In this document: piece after piece, positions 8,659-17,956 of the stretch
Layout: each line of letters begins with the position of its first letter
Numbering within the stretch: the stretch's first letter is position 1
Assembly (NCBI GenBank): GCA_963675295.2
Contig: CAXXKJ010000002.1
Location: 2,624,001 to 2,688,000, forward strand
DNA from: a bacterium
GTDB lineage: Bacteria > Electryoneota > Electryoneia > Electryoneales > Electryoneaceae
DNA: 64,000 nucleotides
Direction: 5' to 3'
Made by a program: the position numbers and the translations under genes
Notes under the pieces: generated by a model
Database searches by the model: none
Told to the model about the DNA's origin: nothing
Seen by the model: only the letters and a program-made list of their open reading frames with translations

Positions 8659-9720
8659 TTAGTTGGATGTTGTCGACGCGACTTCATCGACCAGTTTCAC
8701 ACGCGCACCATCCTCAAGTGCGGTATGACCATAGGTGGCGACCACGTCTCCATCGTTCAGCCCCTGCAGGATTTCGACCAGGTCTTCGCCAACCACCCCT
8801 CGTTGCACCGGCTGCATTTTCGCCGTCGAACCGTCTTTGACGACGACCACAAAGGTCTGGCCGTCCCGTTCGAGGATTGCATCCGATGGGACCGCGAGAG
8901 CGTTGTCCGCTTCACCGACAACCACCTCGACCGTCGCCAGAACACCGGGGAAAACGCTATTCGTTACCGGCACACTCGCGTACACGGTGAACAGGCGCGT
9001 TTCGGCCGATGCCGACAAGCTCATGCGCGTGACCTGACCTTCAACGGTTTCGCCATTCAACGTCAGTTTTACCGGTTGGCCCGACTGCAGCAACGGCCTG
9101 TCTTCCTGGGTAATCTCGAAGCTGACCTCGTAGGCACCGTCATTGATGATGGTGACCACCGGATCGCCTGGATTGGCGAGGTCGCCCTCGTCGATGTCGA
9201 TCCTCGCGACTGTGCCAGAGATCGGGGCGGTCAACGACACGGACTCGTGCGCCGTGCGGTAATTTTCTTCCGCGACTTCGTAGCCGAGCCGGGCGAGGTC
9301 AAGCTGCTGTTCGGAGATCGCACCCTCATCGCGCAGTGCCTTCATACGATTGAGGTCACGCTTCGAATTTTCCAGCTGCAGCCGCGCCTGGCTGACCGCC
9401 GCCGCGCTGGCGGTGGAGTCAAACGTGACGAGCGCGTCGCCCTTCTTCACCCACTGGCCTTCCTGGACGTGAACGTCCGCGGCGCGTTCCATCAGCTTGG
9501 CGGTGACCACGCTCTGGTTCTTGGCTTCGATGGTGCCGTAGTACGTGCGCAAGACGCGCACATCATGACGGGCGACCGGCTGTGCAAACACCGGGATGCC
9601 GTCCCGTTGCTGGATGTCGTTGATGCTCAACACTTCTTCCGATTCCTGGCTGCGAAGGATACCCAGCACGAGGAACACGCCAACGATGGCAATAACAACG
9701 AATCCGATGATCTTTTTCAT
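8659..9720 (-). CDS. RND periplasmic adaptor (membrane fusion protein)
   Basis: N-terminal TM, VQEGQWVKKGD lipoyl half-motif, APISGTV, ALAVPSDAI and GLNDGDVV. Confidence 0.93.
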   Translation of the reverse strand: MKKIIGFVVIAIVGVFLVLGILRSQESEEVLSINDIQQRDGIPVFAQPVARHDVRVLRTYYGTIEAKNQSVVTAKLMERAADVHVQEGQWVKKGDALVTFDSTASAAAVSQARLQLENSKRDLNRMKALRDEGAISEQQLDLARLGYEVAEENYRTAHESVSLTAPISGTVARIDIDEGDLANPGDPVVTIINDGAYEVSFEITQEDRPLLQSGQPVKLTLNGETVEGQVTRMSLSASAETRLFTVYASVPVTNSVFPGVLATVEVVVGEADNALAVPSDAILERDGQTFVVVVKDGSTAKMQPVQRGVVGEDLVEILQGLNDGDVVATYGHTALEDGARVKLVDEVASTTSN

Positions 9721-9747
9721 GAATCGTCCGTAAAATCTAGACTTCTG

Positions 9748-11163
9748 TTAACGGGCCTGGCCCAGCGCGCGGTCATATTGCGCACGGGCGACAAGCTGAT
9801 CGTATTCTGCCTGCAACACGTTCACGCGGGCGGATTTATACTGCAACTGGGCGTCCAGTACTTCTAGTTGCGTACCGACACCGGAATCGTAGCGAGCCAT
9901 CGCGATGGATTGGCCCTTTTCCGCCTCGCGGCTGTTTTCCAGGGCAGCTTGCAACTGTTCGCTCGCCTTCTCAAATTGACGCGTCGCCTGAAATACTTCC
10001 ATCTGAATGCCGCGCTGAAGCATGCTCTTCTGCAGGTCGACGTTGCGCATGTTCACTTCCGCGATCTGCGACCGGCGGTGTGCAGCGAGACCGTCAAACA
10101 GCGGAATGTTAACGATCAACAGCGCACTCGTACCATTGAAGAACTGTTTTTCCTGGAAATCAAACTTGTCCGATTGAGCTTGCGTTTCCCAGCGTAGTCC
10201 TGCCATGAAATTGGGCCACAACCAACTACGCTGCTCAATCTTTTGCTGATCGGCGTACAGCATCCGCTGCAAGTCCAGCTGCTGGAATTCGACACGCCGT
10301 TCCATCGCGTATTCGGACGCGGTCGTGTAATCCATTTCCGGGGCAAGCACGACGTCGGTGATTGACCCGTCGATGGTGATCGGAGTATCCAGATCCATTC
10401 CAAGCAGGTTCTTCAAACCCTTGTAAGCGAGGTCACGCGCGGTTTCCGCTTCAATGACGTCCGGCTTCAGGTTAGACACGGCAACGCTCGCCCGGATGCG
10501 ATCATACTCGCTGACCACACCTTCCCCGAGCATCGCTTCTACCTGGTCGAGGTGACGCCGGGCCTGATCCAGCGCGTCCCGGGTTACCGCGACGTATTCA
10601 TCAGCAACTAACGCACCGTAAAATGCTTCCACCAGCTGAACTCGCAGGTCCTGCTCGCTGACTTCAACGTTCATTTCTGCGATTTGCTTGTAGTTTTTTG
10701 CGATGCGCAAGCCAAGGCCGACCTTGCCCGCGAGCCACAACGGCTGGGTCAATTGGGCATTCGCAGAGATGTTGTTTTCCTGCCCGAACTTGAATTCTGC
10801 GACAAACGGTTCGCCAGGATTCAAGGCATTCAGTTCACCCGGCATTGTCACTGGATTCGTCGGGATCATGAAATAGTGGTTGAACGTGCCGTTCACATCC
10901 AACGTCGGCATCGCATTCGACCACGCCTCCAGCACCTGCAGACGGGCCTTCTCCTGTTCGTGCAGCGCCATCTGATGCGATTCGTTGTTGGCGACCGCCA
11001 TCGACCAGGCTTTTTCCCAGTCAAGCACGACCCGCTGGGAGCGCTGGGTATCGCGTACCATCTTCTCCTGAGCGAACGCCGGCACTACGATCATGAACGC
11101 CAGCAACCCGATCAGGCACAGAGGGAGCACCGAGTGGTGGAATCTGCGTTTTGGTGTCTTCAT
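9748..11163 (-). CDS. TolC family outer membrane channel
   Basis: Signal peptide, two OEP repeats, IPLFDG and RYDSGVGTQLEVLDAQ. Confidence 0.92.
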   Translation of the reverse strand: MKTPKRRFHHSVLPLCLIGLLAFMIVVPAFAQEKMVRDTQRSQRVVLDWEKAWSMAVANNESHQMALHEQEKARLQVLEAWSNAMPTLDVNGTFNHYFMIPTNPVTMPGELNALNPGEPFVAEFKFGQENNISANAQLTQPLWLAGKVGLGLRIAKNYKQIAEMNVEVSEQDLRVQLVEAFYGALVADEYVAVTRDALDQARRHLDQVEAMLGEGVVSEYDRIRASVAVSNLKPDVIEAETARDLAYKGLKNLLGMDLDTPITIDGSITDVVLAPEMDYTTASEYAMERRVEFQQLDLQRMLYADQQKIEQRSWLWPNFMAGLRWETQAQSDKFDFQEKQFFNGTSALLIVNIPLFDGLAAHRRSQIAEVNMRNVDLQKSMLQRGIQMEVFQATRQFEKASEQLQAALENSREAEKGQSIAMARYDSGVGTQLEVLDAQLQYKSARVNVLQAEYDQLVARAQYDRALGQAR

Positions 11164-11181
11164 GAAATCACTCGTGTTTGC

Positions 11182-11790
11182 TCAGGATGAGCGTGCTTCG
11201 TTGGGCAACGGTGAATTTGTGAAATAGGGATCAAGCAGGGTAAGAACATAATGCAAGGCGTTGTCCGCAGCTATGGCATAATGCTCTGAAAACTCGCGAG
11301 CCTTGAACACCCGTTCGAGAAAATAGCTGATCACGACGGTCAGTTCATCGACGGGACAGGGCTTGAGTTCGCCATCAGCAACAGCCAGTTCGATTCGGGA
11401 TTTCAGCATCCGCCGCAACCGTTCCTCAAACTGAATAATCATGTCATGAGCCAGAGGTAGCAGCAGCCCCGCCTCCTCGAGGAACAGAGCTTTGTGCGGA
11501 TGGAGACGTTCAATCTCCGCCCGCAACACATCGAGATACGTTTCGAGCTCGTCCCGGATCGGACGCATCCCGGGCATCGCTGCGGACAGCGTGTCTAGCA
11601 ACTGGCCGTGCACGTGCTTTACGATCTCCCGAAAGAGTTCGTCCTTGTTGTTGAAATAATGGTACAGGCTGCTCTTCTGCAGGTGTGCAGCTTCCGCGAT
11701 GTCGTCGAGCGTGGTTTTCCGGAAGCCATGACGGAGAAACACCTGCGCTGCCGTCTCCACGATCTCTTGTCGTTTGTCTTTGTCTGTCAT
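11182..11790 (-). CDS. TetR/AcrR family transcriptional regulator
   Basis: GFRKTTLDDIAEAAHLQKSSLYHYFNNKDELF HTH. ATG at 11790 is preferred over the ORF-track start at 11814. Confidence 0.92.
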   Translation of the reverse strand: MTDKDKRQEIVETAAQVFLRHGFRKTTLDDIAEAAHLQKSSLYHYFNNKDELFREIVKHVHGQLLDTLSAAMPGMRPIRDELETYLDVLRAEIERLHPHKALFLEEAGLLLPLAHDMIIQFEERLRRMLKSRIELAVADGELKPCPVDELTVVISYFLERVFKAREFSEHYAIAADNALHYVLTLLDPYFTNSPLPNEARSS

Positions 11791-11806
11791 CGTATCAGCC
11801 GACCAA

Positions 11807-11832
11807 TCGAACAATTCCTTCGAATGTTCGAA
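11807..11832. promoter_or_regulatory. Candidate TetR operator
   Basis: TCGAACA-N11-TGTTCGA and the overlapping TTCGAA-TG-TTCGAA lie just downstream of a minus-strand TTGCTT-N18-TAAGTT promoter-like sequence. Confidence 0.5.
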
Positions 11833-11927
11833 ACTTATACGCGAGATAAGAACGAAAGCAACAGCTGCTCGCGTCTCTCATGGAAACGATCTAGAAACGG
11901 ATGAACGGGCAGGGGTTGGGAATTCTG

Positions 11928-12932
11928 TCAGTCAATATGCAGGTCAAAGGTGAATACCGTGGCCAGCATGACACCGCTTCCATCCTCAGTCAACAACGGT
12001 TGCATCGAAAAGTTCCGTTGCTCCTTGAGCTGGAACATCTGGTCGGTAACAAACCAGCCCCACAGTGCGCCGAAATAGACATCGGAAGGCCAGTGCTTGG
12101 TCGAGGTCATGCGTTCGATGGCGACGGAAGTGGCGACGGTGTAAGCGCCAGTCCGAACCATCCAGTTCGGGAAGTGATGCGAGACGACACCCGCGAGTTG
12201 GAACAGGTTGGCGGTGTGGCCGGAGATGAACGACGCGCCTTTCGGCTTGCCCCAGTCGGTCCGGTCCCCCTGGTAGGGTCGCAGACGGCTGGCGCCGAAT
12301 TTCGTCCCGGCCTGCACGGCGAGTGAGAGGTAGATCGATTCCAGCATGTCGGCGGAGACGTCACGTAGCGGAGCGTACCCGATGACGTAGCCCACCAGCA
12401 TCCCGCTGATATACCACGATTCGGTGAACGCACGTGTGCCCATCGGTTCGAAAAAGACGCCGATTTCGTGGAACGGTTTGAACCATGCGTCGTCCTTGAA
12501 CCGATGCACTTCGTCGTAGATTTCCTGGTCGGCGGTGTAGATACCGTATCCGGCGGCGAAGGTCGCGGCGACGATCAAGCCGTCCTTCCAGTCCATTTTC
12601 GAGGGAGACGTGTAGACATGGTACCAGTCTTTCAGCAGAGTTTTGCCTGCATACAGCGCGTCATCCCCCACCCGTCGAATGACCGGCATCGCTGGGCATC
12701 GGTCATCATCATCGTTATCCCAGTCGTCATCATCATTGTCCTCGAGCAGATACTGACCGGCGAGCGCATACTGCAGGGACGGCAGCTGCACACCTGTCAA
12801 GCGATTGGAACCAGACGGTGAGGCTGGGACGTTGGAGGATGCTTGTGCGGCACGGGCGGTCGAGATCGAGCTCAGCAGGAGTGTCACCACGAGTAAGCAG
12901 ACTACGGGGGAGCGAAGGAGTGCGTGATTCAT
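11928..12932 (-). CDS. PAP2 superfamily phosphatase with signal peptide
   Basis: K..ASRLRP, SFISGHT and RMTSTKHWPSD PAP2 motifs. Start taken at MNHALL (12932) because the longer ORF runs through the tRNA. Confidence 0.8.
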   Translation of the reverse strand: MNHALLRSPVVCLLVVTLLLSSISTARAAQASSNVPASPSGSNRLTGVQLPSLQYALAGQYLLEDNDDDDWDNDDDDRCPAMPVIRRVGDDALYAGKTLLKDWYHVYTSPSKMDWKDGLIVAATFAAGYGIYTADQEIYDEVHRFKDDAWFKPFHEIGVFFEPMGTRAFTESWYISGMLVGYVIGYAPLRDVSADMLESIYLSLAVQAGTKFGASRLRPYQGDRTDWGKPKGASFISGHTANLFQLAGVVSHHFPNWMVRTGAYTVATSVAIERMTSTKHWPSDVYFGALWGWFVTDQMFQLKEQRNFSMQPLLTEDGSGVMLATVFTFDLHID

Positions 12933-12956
12933 GGTATTGCCCGCGTTACGGGTCGT

Positions 12957-12990
12957 CAAACGAAAGGGCAATCCCGTTTGGAATTGCCCT
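12957..12990 (-). terminator. Terminator after tRNA-Leu
   Basis: Minus strand AGGGCAATTCC-AAAC-GGGATTGCCCT-TTCGTTT. Confidence 0.8.
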
Positions 12991-13001
12991 CTGCGTCGTT
13001 C

Positions 13002-13088
13002 TGGTGCCGGAGGGGGGACTCGAACCCCCACGTCCCTGAGGACACTGGTCCCTGAAACCAGCGCGTCTACCAATTTCACCACTCCGGC
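13002..13088 (-). tRNA. tRNA-Leu (anticodon CAG)
   Basis: GCCGGAGTGGTGAAATTGGTAGACGCGCTGGTTTCAGGGACCAG...GGGGGTTCGAGTCCCCCCTCCGGCACCA, with a long variable arm and encoded CCA. Confidence 0.97.
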
Positions 13089-13196
13089 AAAAAACGGCCG
13101 TCATTTCGGCCGTCGCAGATGGTACGGCATCAGACCGGATTCTCGCAACGTCCAGTCTCGGGCGGACTCTGTGCTCTGCTCCGGCCAGATTCGGTA

Positions 13197-14933
13197 TCAG
13201 GAATCGGTCATGCACTCCTTCAGCGCGAAGAACAGTGCGCGAGCCGGTTCCTGCTCGAGGTTCACTCGACGGTCGAGCATTTCTTCGGCGATGAACTTCT
13301 TTCCTGCCTTCCAGTCGGAGGCGGACGTAAGTTTCGCAAGGAATCGGTCAAACGGCGCAGCGTCATTCGCGTAGATCTCGCGAACAACCTTGCCACGCAG
13401 TTCACCGGATCGGAGTGACGCGAAGCGGTCCTTCTGCGGCCGGGGTTTCTCGGCAACCTGAACCGGGATTCCCGGTTCGACATCACGCAAGCCCTTCATC
13501 TGTGGAACGCTGCGTGAGGTCATGCCGTTAACCGTTCCGACCGCGGGAGTAGGCCCTTCCTCGTCGTCATCCTCCCCCGAGTCGTCCTCGTCGTCATCGT
13601 AATCGATCACATCCTTGCCGAACAGGTACTCGATCGCCTCGAGATCGTCATCATCGAGGTCGTCGAGATCCCGCACGTGAAAACGGTTTGGATCCATTTC
13701 GTGTGGTTCTCCTTGCTGGTCACTTTCCGTCGTGACGGTATCGTCAGTTGATTCGTCGGGAGCGGATTCACCGGTAGCTAGCGGCTGTTCCTCTTCCCCA
13801 TGGTCCGGCTCAGGTGTGGCCTCAGCCATGTCGTTATCGGCAGGTTCTTCATCTTCGATCACTTCATCAACGGGTTCTTCGGACTGCCTGCCAGTGTCCT
13901 GATTTTCCTCCTGGTCCTGCACGGGTTCGGTTGACTGATCGCTCGTTTCATCAACCGGAGACGGGTAATCCGCTGAGGAGGCAGCGAGATTGTCATCGTC
14001 CGTGGTGTCGTCCACAAACGGTTCATCCTCGAAGGATGGTTCATCGTAAGGTTCCGCCACCACCTCATGCTGAGGCTCGGGTTCCGGTTCAGATGCGCTC
14101 TGTGTTTCCGGCTCCGGTTCTGACGTTACTGCAGTGATATCCAGTTCTGGAACCGGAGTAGCTTCATCAGGAACGGCATCCGGGATGGGTGGTGCCGCGG
14201 TGAGGCCGATGGCTTCCGGCCCACCGCGTTTCACCATCAACGCGTAGCGTTTCAGGATACGGATGATTTCGTCACGGGAGGCGACATCAACGCCAATGTC
14301 CTGCTCTAGCATCAGGGCTTTCGCCCACGTCCGCGCGCCACGATTTTCCAGGTACGGCAGCAGGTCATTCAGCTTGATCGGTTCGGTGGTCAGGCCGGTT
14401 GTTTGCAGGATCTCCAGGACTGCGTCGCGGGACTGTTTGGTGGTCCAGGTATCGTAGGCATTCTGGAATGCACGCAGGAACCCGCCACGGTCGAGCACTT
14501 TGTTCGGCGGTACATCGAGATACTTGACGCAGGCTTCGATGACCGGGTGTTCTTCAGATGGATCGAACTGGTTAAACACGTCAGCTGCGGAAGCGTTCAC
14601 TTTGCGGCGGAACAAGCGGACGGCCAGTTTGTCGAATTCGTGACCGGGCCGTGGCGGAAGGGCGTCGTAGAAGTCTTCCACCACGTGACGGACGTCATCG
14701 CCCGGCAGACGCCAGCTCTGCGCCATGGCGTCCACGAGCTGCCGTACCGCTTCCTGACGGCGGAGGTCGAGCTGGCCGTCGTGGGCGAACGCGTCGGCGC
14801 GGTGAACGGCTTCGTCCCGTGCGAAATTATCGAGCCGGATCCGGCATTCTTCGGGAATACTTTCCCAGTCGACCGGTGAGATGTACTTCTCCGCCCGATA
14901 AGTTTTCAGCCATGCATCGAGACGTTCTTCCAT
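13197..14933 (-). CDS. Hypothetical protein: helical N-domain, long acidic Pro/Glu/Asp-rich linker and small helical C-domain
   Basis: 578 aa ORF with an RBS-like AGAGGGG before the ATG. The central region is dominated by E, D, P and T. Confidence 0.8.
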   Translation of the reverse strand: MEERLDAWLKTYRAEKYISPVDWESIPEECRIRLDNFARDEAVHRADAFAHDGQLDLRRQEAVRQLVDAMAQSWRLPGDDVRHVVEDFYDALPPRPGHEFDKLAVRLFRRKVNASAADVFNQFDPSEEHPVIEACVKYLDVPPNKVLDRGGFLRAFQNAYDTWTTKQSRDAVLEILQTTGLTTEPIKLNDLLPYLENRGARTWAKALMLEQDIGVDVASRDEIIRILKRYALMVKRGGPEAIGLTAAPPIPDAVPDEATPVPELDITAVTSEPEPETQSASEPEPEPQHEVVAEPYDEPSFEDEPFVDDTTDDDNLAASSADYPSPVDETSDQSTEPVQDQEENQDTGRQSEEPVDEVIEDEEPADNDMAEATPEPDHGEEEQPLATGESAPDESTDDTVTTESDQQGEPHEMDPNRFHVRDLDDLDDDDLEAIEYLFGKDVIDYDDDEDDSGEDDDEEGPTPAVGTVNGMTSRSVPQMKGLRDVEPGIPVQVAEKPRPQKDRFASLRSGELRGKVVREIYANDAAPFDRFLAKLTSASDWKAGKKFIAEEMLDRRVNLEQEPARALFFALKECMTDS

Positions 14934-15148
14934 GATCCCCTCTATCCTGCGGACACTGTACCCACGCGCAACTGTCAGCTGGTATTGTCGGCACTGGCGA
15001 ACTCCGGCGCAAGAGGAAATCTCTGCCGGTCCCGGTCAAAGTTGCCGACTATCGAAGAGTCGGGAGACATTTTTCGAGCACGGTGATGATTCGCTGAAAA
15101 CGTTGTGGTGATTGAGATTCAGGGCAAGCTTCGTGTGAAGAAGTAAAA

Positions 15149-15164
15149 TGGCATGGGCTTTGAA
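15149..15164 (+). promoter_or_regulatory. Candidate sigma54 (-24/-12) promoter
   Basis: TGGCATGGGCTTTGAA: TGGCA at -24 with exact spacing to TTG(A) at -12. GA replaces the canonical GC. Confidence 0.55.
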
Positions 15165-15174
15165 AGTGGAACGG

Positions 15175-15257
15175 GCAGGAGCTCAGCTCCACCCTTCCCT
15201 CCTTTCCGCTTGGAAAGGAACCCTTGCTACAGCATGTCCAGCGGGCATGCTGTTTTT
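15175..15257 (+). ncRNA. Candidate small regulatory RNA (~83 nt)
   Basis: Begins at the predicted +1 of the sigma54-like promoter, folds into a closed multi-stem structure with CU-rich linkers, and ends in the terminator ACAGCATGTCC-AGC-GGGCATGCTGT-TTTT. There is no credible plus-strand CDS here. Confidence 0.55.
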
Positions 15258-15265
15258 CTCTCTGG

Positions 15266-15300
15266 AGAGAAATCGCACGGACCAGCGTTGACCCGTGCGA
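15266..15300 (-). terminator. Terminator of the chemotaxis operon
   Basis: Minus strand TCGCACGGGTCA-ACGC-TGGTCCGTGCGA-TTTCTCT, about 30 nt after the cheX stop. Confidence 0.65.
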
Positions 15301-15329
15301 AGAAATATCGTCCCCTGCAAGATGCAGCC

Positions 15330-15800
15330 TCAATCGGAGAGCTTCATCGTGACTTCCATCATGAAGGTCTCATCCTTGACCGTAAACGGAATCACGATAA
15401 CCGGCGTTTCCGCCTTGTGCCGGATGGAGTGATTCTGCCCAACGACGACGGACGGCACGGAGATGTTGAACGACAGCCCCTGCCCCGCCATCTCGGTCTT
15501 GGCTCCACCTGCGACGATGTTTGCAACCTCTCCGATACAGTCTTCCACATCCCGGTTGATTTCGTCGGTGGCTTCGCCGGTCATCCCCTCGAAGAGCATC
15601 AAGGCGGCTTTTTCCGGGAAGCTGAGGGCGACCGACCCCATGATCTTTTTCTCGGCGAATCCAATCACGCCGGTGATGTCACCGGATGTTTTCGAATTGT
15701 CCTTGACGAATGGGGTTGCCGCAACCGCGTCCAAGTCCATCATCATTTTCAGCGTGTTGATGAGGGAATTGATGAAAGGGTTGATGTATCGTACGTCCAT
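15330..15800 (-). CDS. cheX: Chemotaxis phosphatase CheX
   Basis: MDVRYINPFI, GDITGVIG, DCIGEVANIVAG (ExxN) and ISVPSVV. Confidence 0.9.
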   Translation of the reverse strand: MDVRYINPFINSLINTLKMMMDLDAVAATPFVKDNSKTSGDITGVIGFAEKKIMGSVALSFPEKAALMLFEGMTGEATDEINRDVEDCIGEVANIVAGGAKTEMAGQGLSFNISVPSVVVGQNHSIRHKAETPVIVIPFTVKDETFMMEVTMKLSD

Positions 15801-15820
15801 GGTAGGCTCTGTCTCCCGGT

Positions 15821-16177
15821 TCAGCCGACAACGGCCTCAATCTTTTCGAGGATGATCTGCTTTGTAAATGGCTTGACAATGTAATCATTTACACCGTTCC
15901 TGAGGGCCTCGAGAACTTCTTCTTTTGCACCTTCAGTGGTGATCATGATAATCGGAACGGACGAGAAATTCGGGTTGTGCCGAATTTCCTTCACCAGGCT
16001 AAGCCCGTCCATAACGGGCATGTTCCAGTCTGTCAACACGAGTTCAATGCCAGACATGCGGCTCAATGCTTCCACCCCGTTGGAGGCCTCGACAATATCC
16101 GTGTGGCCGGCCTGCTTCAGGTGGTTGATAATGATTCGACGCATGGTGGCAGAATCGTCCACCACGAGGATCTTCAT
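15821..16177 (-). CDS. cheY: Chemotaxis response regulator CheY
   Basis: MKILVVDDS, LTDWNMPVMDG and YIVKPF. Start set at MKIL (16177). Confidence 0.9.
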   Translation of the reverse strand: MKILVVDDSATMRRIIINHLKQAGHTDIVEASNGVEALSRMSGIELVLTDWNMPVMDGLSLVKEIRHNPNFSSVPIIMITTEGAKEEVLEALRNGVNDYIVKPFTKQIILEKIEAVVG

Positions 16178-16215
16178 CGTGGATCTCCCGTTTCCTAGGT
16201 CTAACTCGCCCGAAA

Positions 16216-16698
16216 TCAGCTGAGTGCGGTGTCGACGAGGACACGCAACAGCCACCCCTCAACAGAGTAATCGATCTGGACCCAGCTCGAGGATGGATCC
16301 TGGAATTCAGCTTTATCCGTCAGCATCCCGAATTCGGGAATGCCGAGATTGTAGATCGTGTTCTCCCCGAACATCTCGACACAGAACCGTCCGGTGAGGG
16401 TGTTCAGGATTTCGTTGACGGCATCCCGTTGATGATCTGGCCCGAGCTCGCCCTCCTCGAACATGCCATAGATCGATTCGGTGATGGATTCCGCGAGCTG
16501 TTTTGACAGGATCAGGACTACTTTTCCCGCACGCGGTTCGAGAAGGTCGATCATGGTGTAGACATTGAGTTCATCAACGACTTCGCAGTCCGGGACCTTA
16601 CGCAGCGGAACGACTTCGGCGAAGGCCATGCTTTCCAATGTACCGGACAGGGCCTTGTCAACGGCTGCGCTCAATGCTTCCTGTTTGCTATCCGCCAT
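16216..16698 (-). CDS. CheX/CheC-like phosphatase family protein
   Basis: TLESMAF and DAVNEILNTLTG (ExxN), then LGIP; located between two cheY genes. Confidence 0.7.
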   Translation of the reverse strand: MADSKQEALSAAVDKALSGTLESMAFAEVVPLRKVPDCEVVDELNVYTMIDLLEPRAGKVVLILSKQLAESITESIYGMFEEGELGPDHQRDAVNEILNTLTGRFCVEMFGENTIYNLGIPEFGMLTDKAEFQDPSSSWVQIDYSVEGWLLRVLVDTALS

Positions 16699-17080
16699 TG
16701 ACCTCTCCGAACAGGGATACCAACGTTTCGCTCAACTGCGGCGGTGACACGGGTTTCGGAAGCACGGCATTCGCACCGGCTTCCAACAGCTGTTTTTCCC
16801 GCGCCTCGTTGCCGATGCTGGTAATCATAATCACGGGAAGTTTGGCAAACTTCGCGTCGGATCGGAGCGCGTTCAGAAACTGCGCCCCGTCCATCTCCGG
16901 CATGTTGTAGTCGGACATGATTAGATCCATTTCTTCCGTCTGCAGCAGGTCCAGTGCTTCCTTTCCGTTGCCGGCCTGATGGAAGGTAGCGTCTTGCCAG
17001 CCCGCAATCTCGAAAATCCGTTGGATCATCATCCGTGCCGTGGCTGAGTCATCCACGATCAATACTCGATGGCTCATCAA
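16688..17080 (-). CDS. CheY-like single-domain response regulator
   Basis: VLIVDDS, MSDYNMPEMDG and LPKP. Confidence 0.88.
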   Translation of the reverse strand: MMSHRVLIVDDSATARMMIQRIFEIAGWQDATFHQAGNGKEALDLLQTEEMDLIMSDYNMPEMDGAQFLNALRSDAKFAKLPVIMITSIGNEAREKQLLEAGANAVLPKPVSPPQLSETLVSLFGEVNGG

Positions 17081-17956
17081 TTACCCCTGCGATTCGCCCA
17101 GAACCGACTGTTCAATCTTGTGAAACTCGTCCACAATATCCAGGATCAGGTGTTCCAGCCCAGCTCGATCCAGGTTGAAATGTTCACTGTAGCCTTCGTC
17201 CAGAGTGTAGCACAAGGCATCAATGCCGGAGCCATATCCGATCGTGCGAGCGAGCAGATCGCCAACGTGGACAGCGTACACCAGCGGCGCCAGTTCAGCA
17301 GGTGCCGCCGATGGCTTGTGCGCAAACCGGATCGCGGTGATGATGCTATCCGGCAGACGCCACTGTCCGGCAATATGCGCGCCGACTTCATCCCTGTCGG
17401 TTCCGGTGATTTCACGTTCCAGTTCGATGAAATCGCCGTGTTCCGGATCGTCCAGCACATCCACGATCCGTTTGCTGTCCTTCTCCAGCGGATCAGACAT
17501 CACCACCATGCCGATGTTGAACAACAGGCCGGCGGTGTAAGCCAGGTCCGGACGCAGATCGGACTTCGCATGGCGTGCGACTTCCCGTGCGGCAATGGCT
17601 TCCTGCAGGCTGAATTTCCACAACGTGCCTTCGTGCTGCGCGTAACCCGCCATCGGGCGCTTCAGCAGCTCACCGGTGCTCATGCCGATCGCGAGGCTCA
17701 GGACGAGTCCTTCGCCGATCTGCAGGACCGCGCGGTTCACCGTTTCGATCTGGTGCCCGCGTGAAAACGCGGCGGAATTGGCCAGCTTCAGCACGTTTGC
17801 CGAGAGATAGACATCGGTTTCGATGACCTTTGCCACTTGGCGCAGGTCATGATCTTCGTCCGCCGCCAGCATCAACAACCTTGATGCGACTTCCGACAGC
17901 ATCGGCAACGCTTCGATTTCGCGCGCGATATCCGGGGGCAGATTTACAGTTCCCAT
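17081..17956 (-). CDS. HDOD domain protein
   Basis: ALPML, LSANVLKLANSA, AYTAGLLFNIG and WRLPDSIITAIRFAH. Confidence 0.88.
   Translation of the reverse strand: MGTVNLPPDIAREIEALPMLSEVASRLLMLAADEDHDLRQVAKVIETDVYLSANVLKLANSAAFSRGHQIETVNRAVLQIGEGLVLSLAIGMSTGELLKRPMAGYAQHEGTLWKFSLQEAIAAREVARHAKSDLRPDLAYTAGLLFNIGMVVMSDPLEKDSKRIVDVLDDPEHGDFIELEREITGTDRDEVGAHIAGQWRLPDSIITAIRFAHKPSAAPAELAPLVYAVHVGDLLARTIGYGSGIDALCYTLDEGYSEHFNLDRAGLEHLILDIVDEFHKIEQSVLGESQG

Noticed and set aside
12933-13082. N-terminal extension of the PAP2 ORF in the ORF track
   Set aside because: It runs through tRNA-Leu and its terminator. The signal peptide begins at MNHALL (12932).
4892-13088. Genomic island integrated at tRNA-Leu
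   Set aside because: I saw no integrase, no duplicated tRNA 3' end and no obvious compositional shift.
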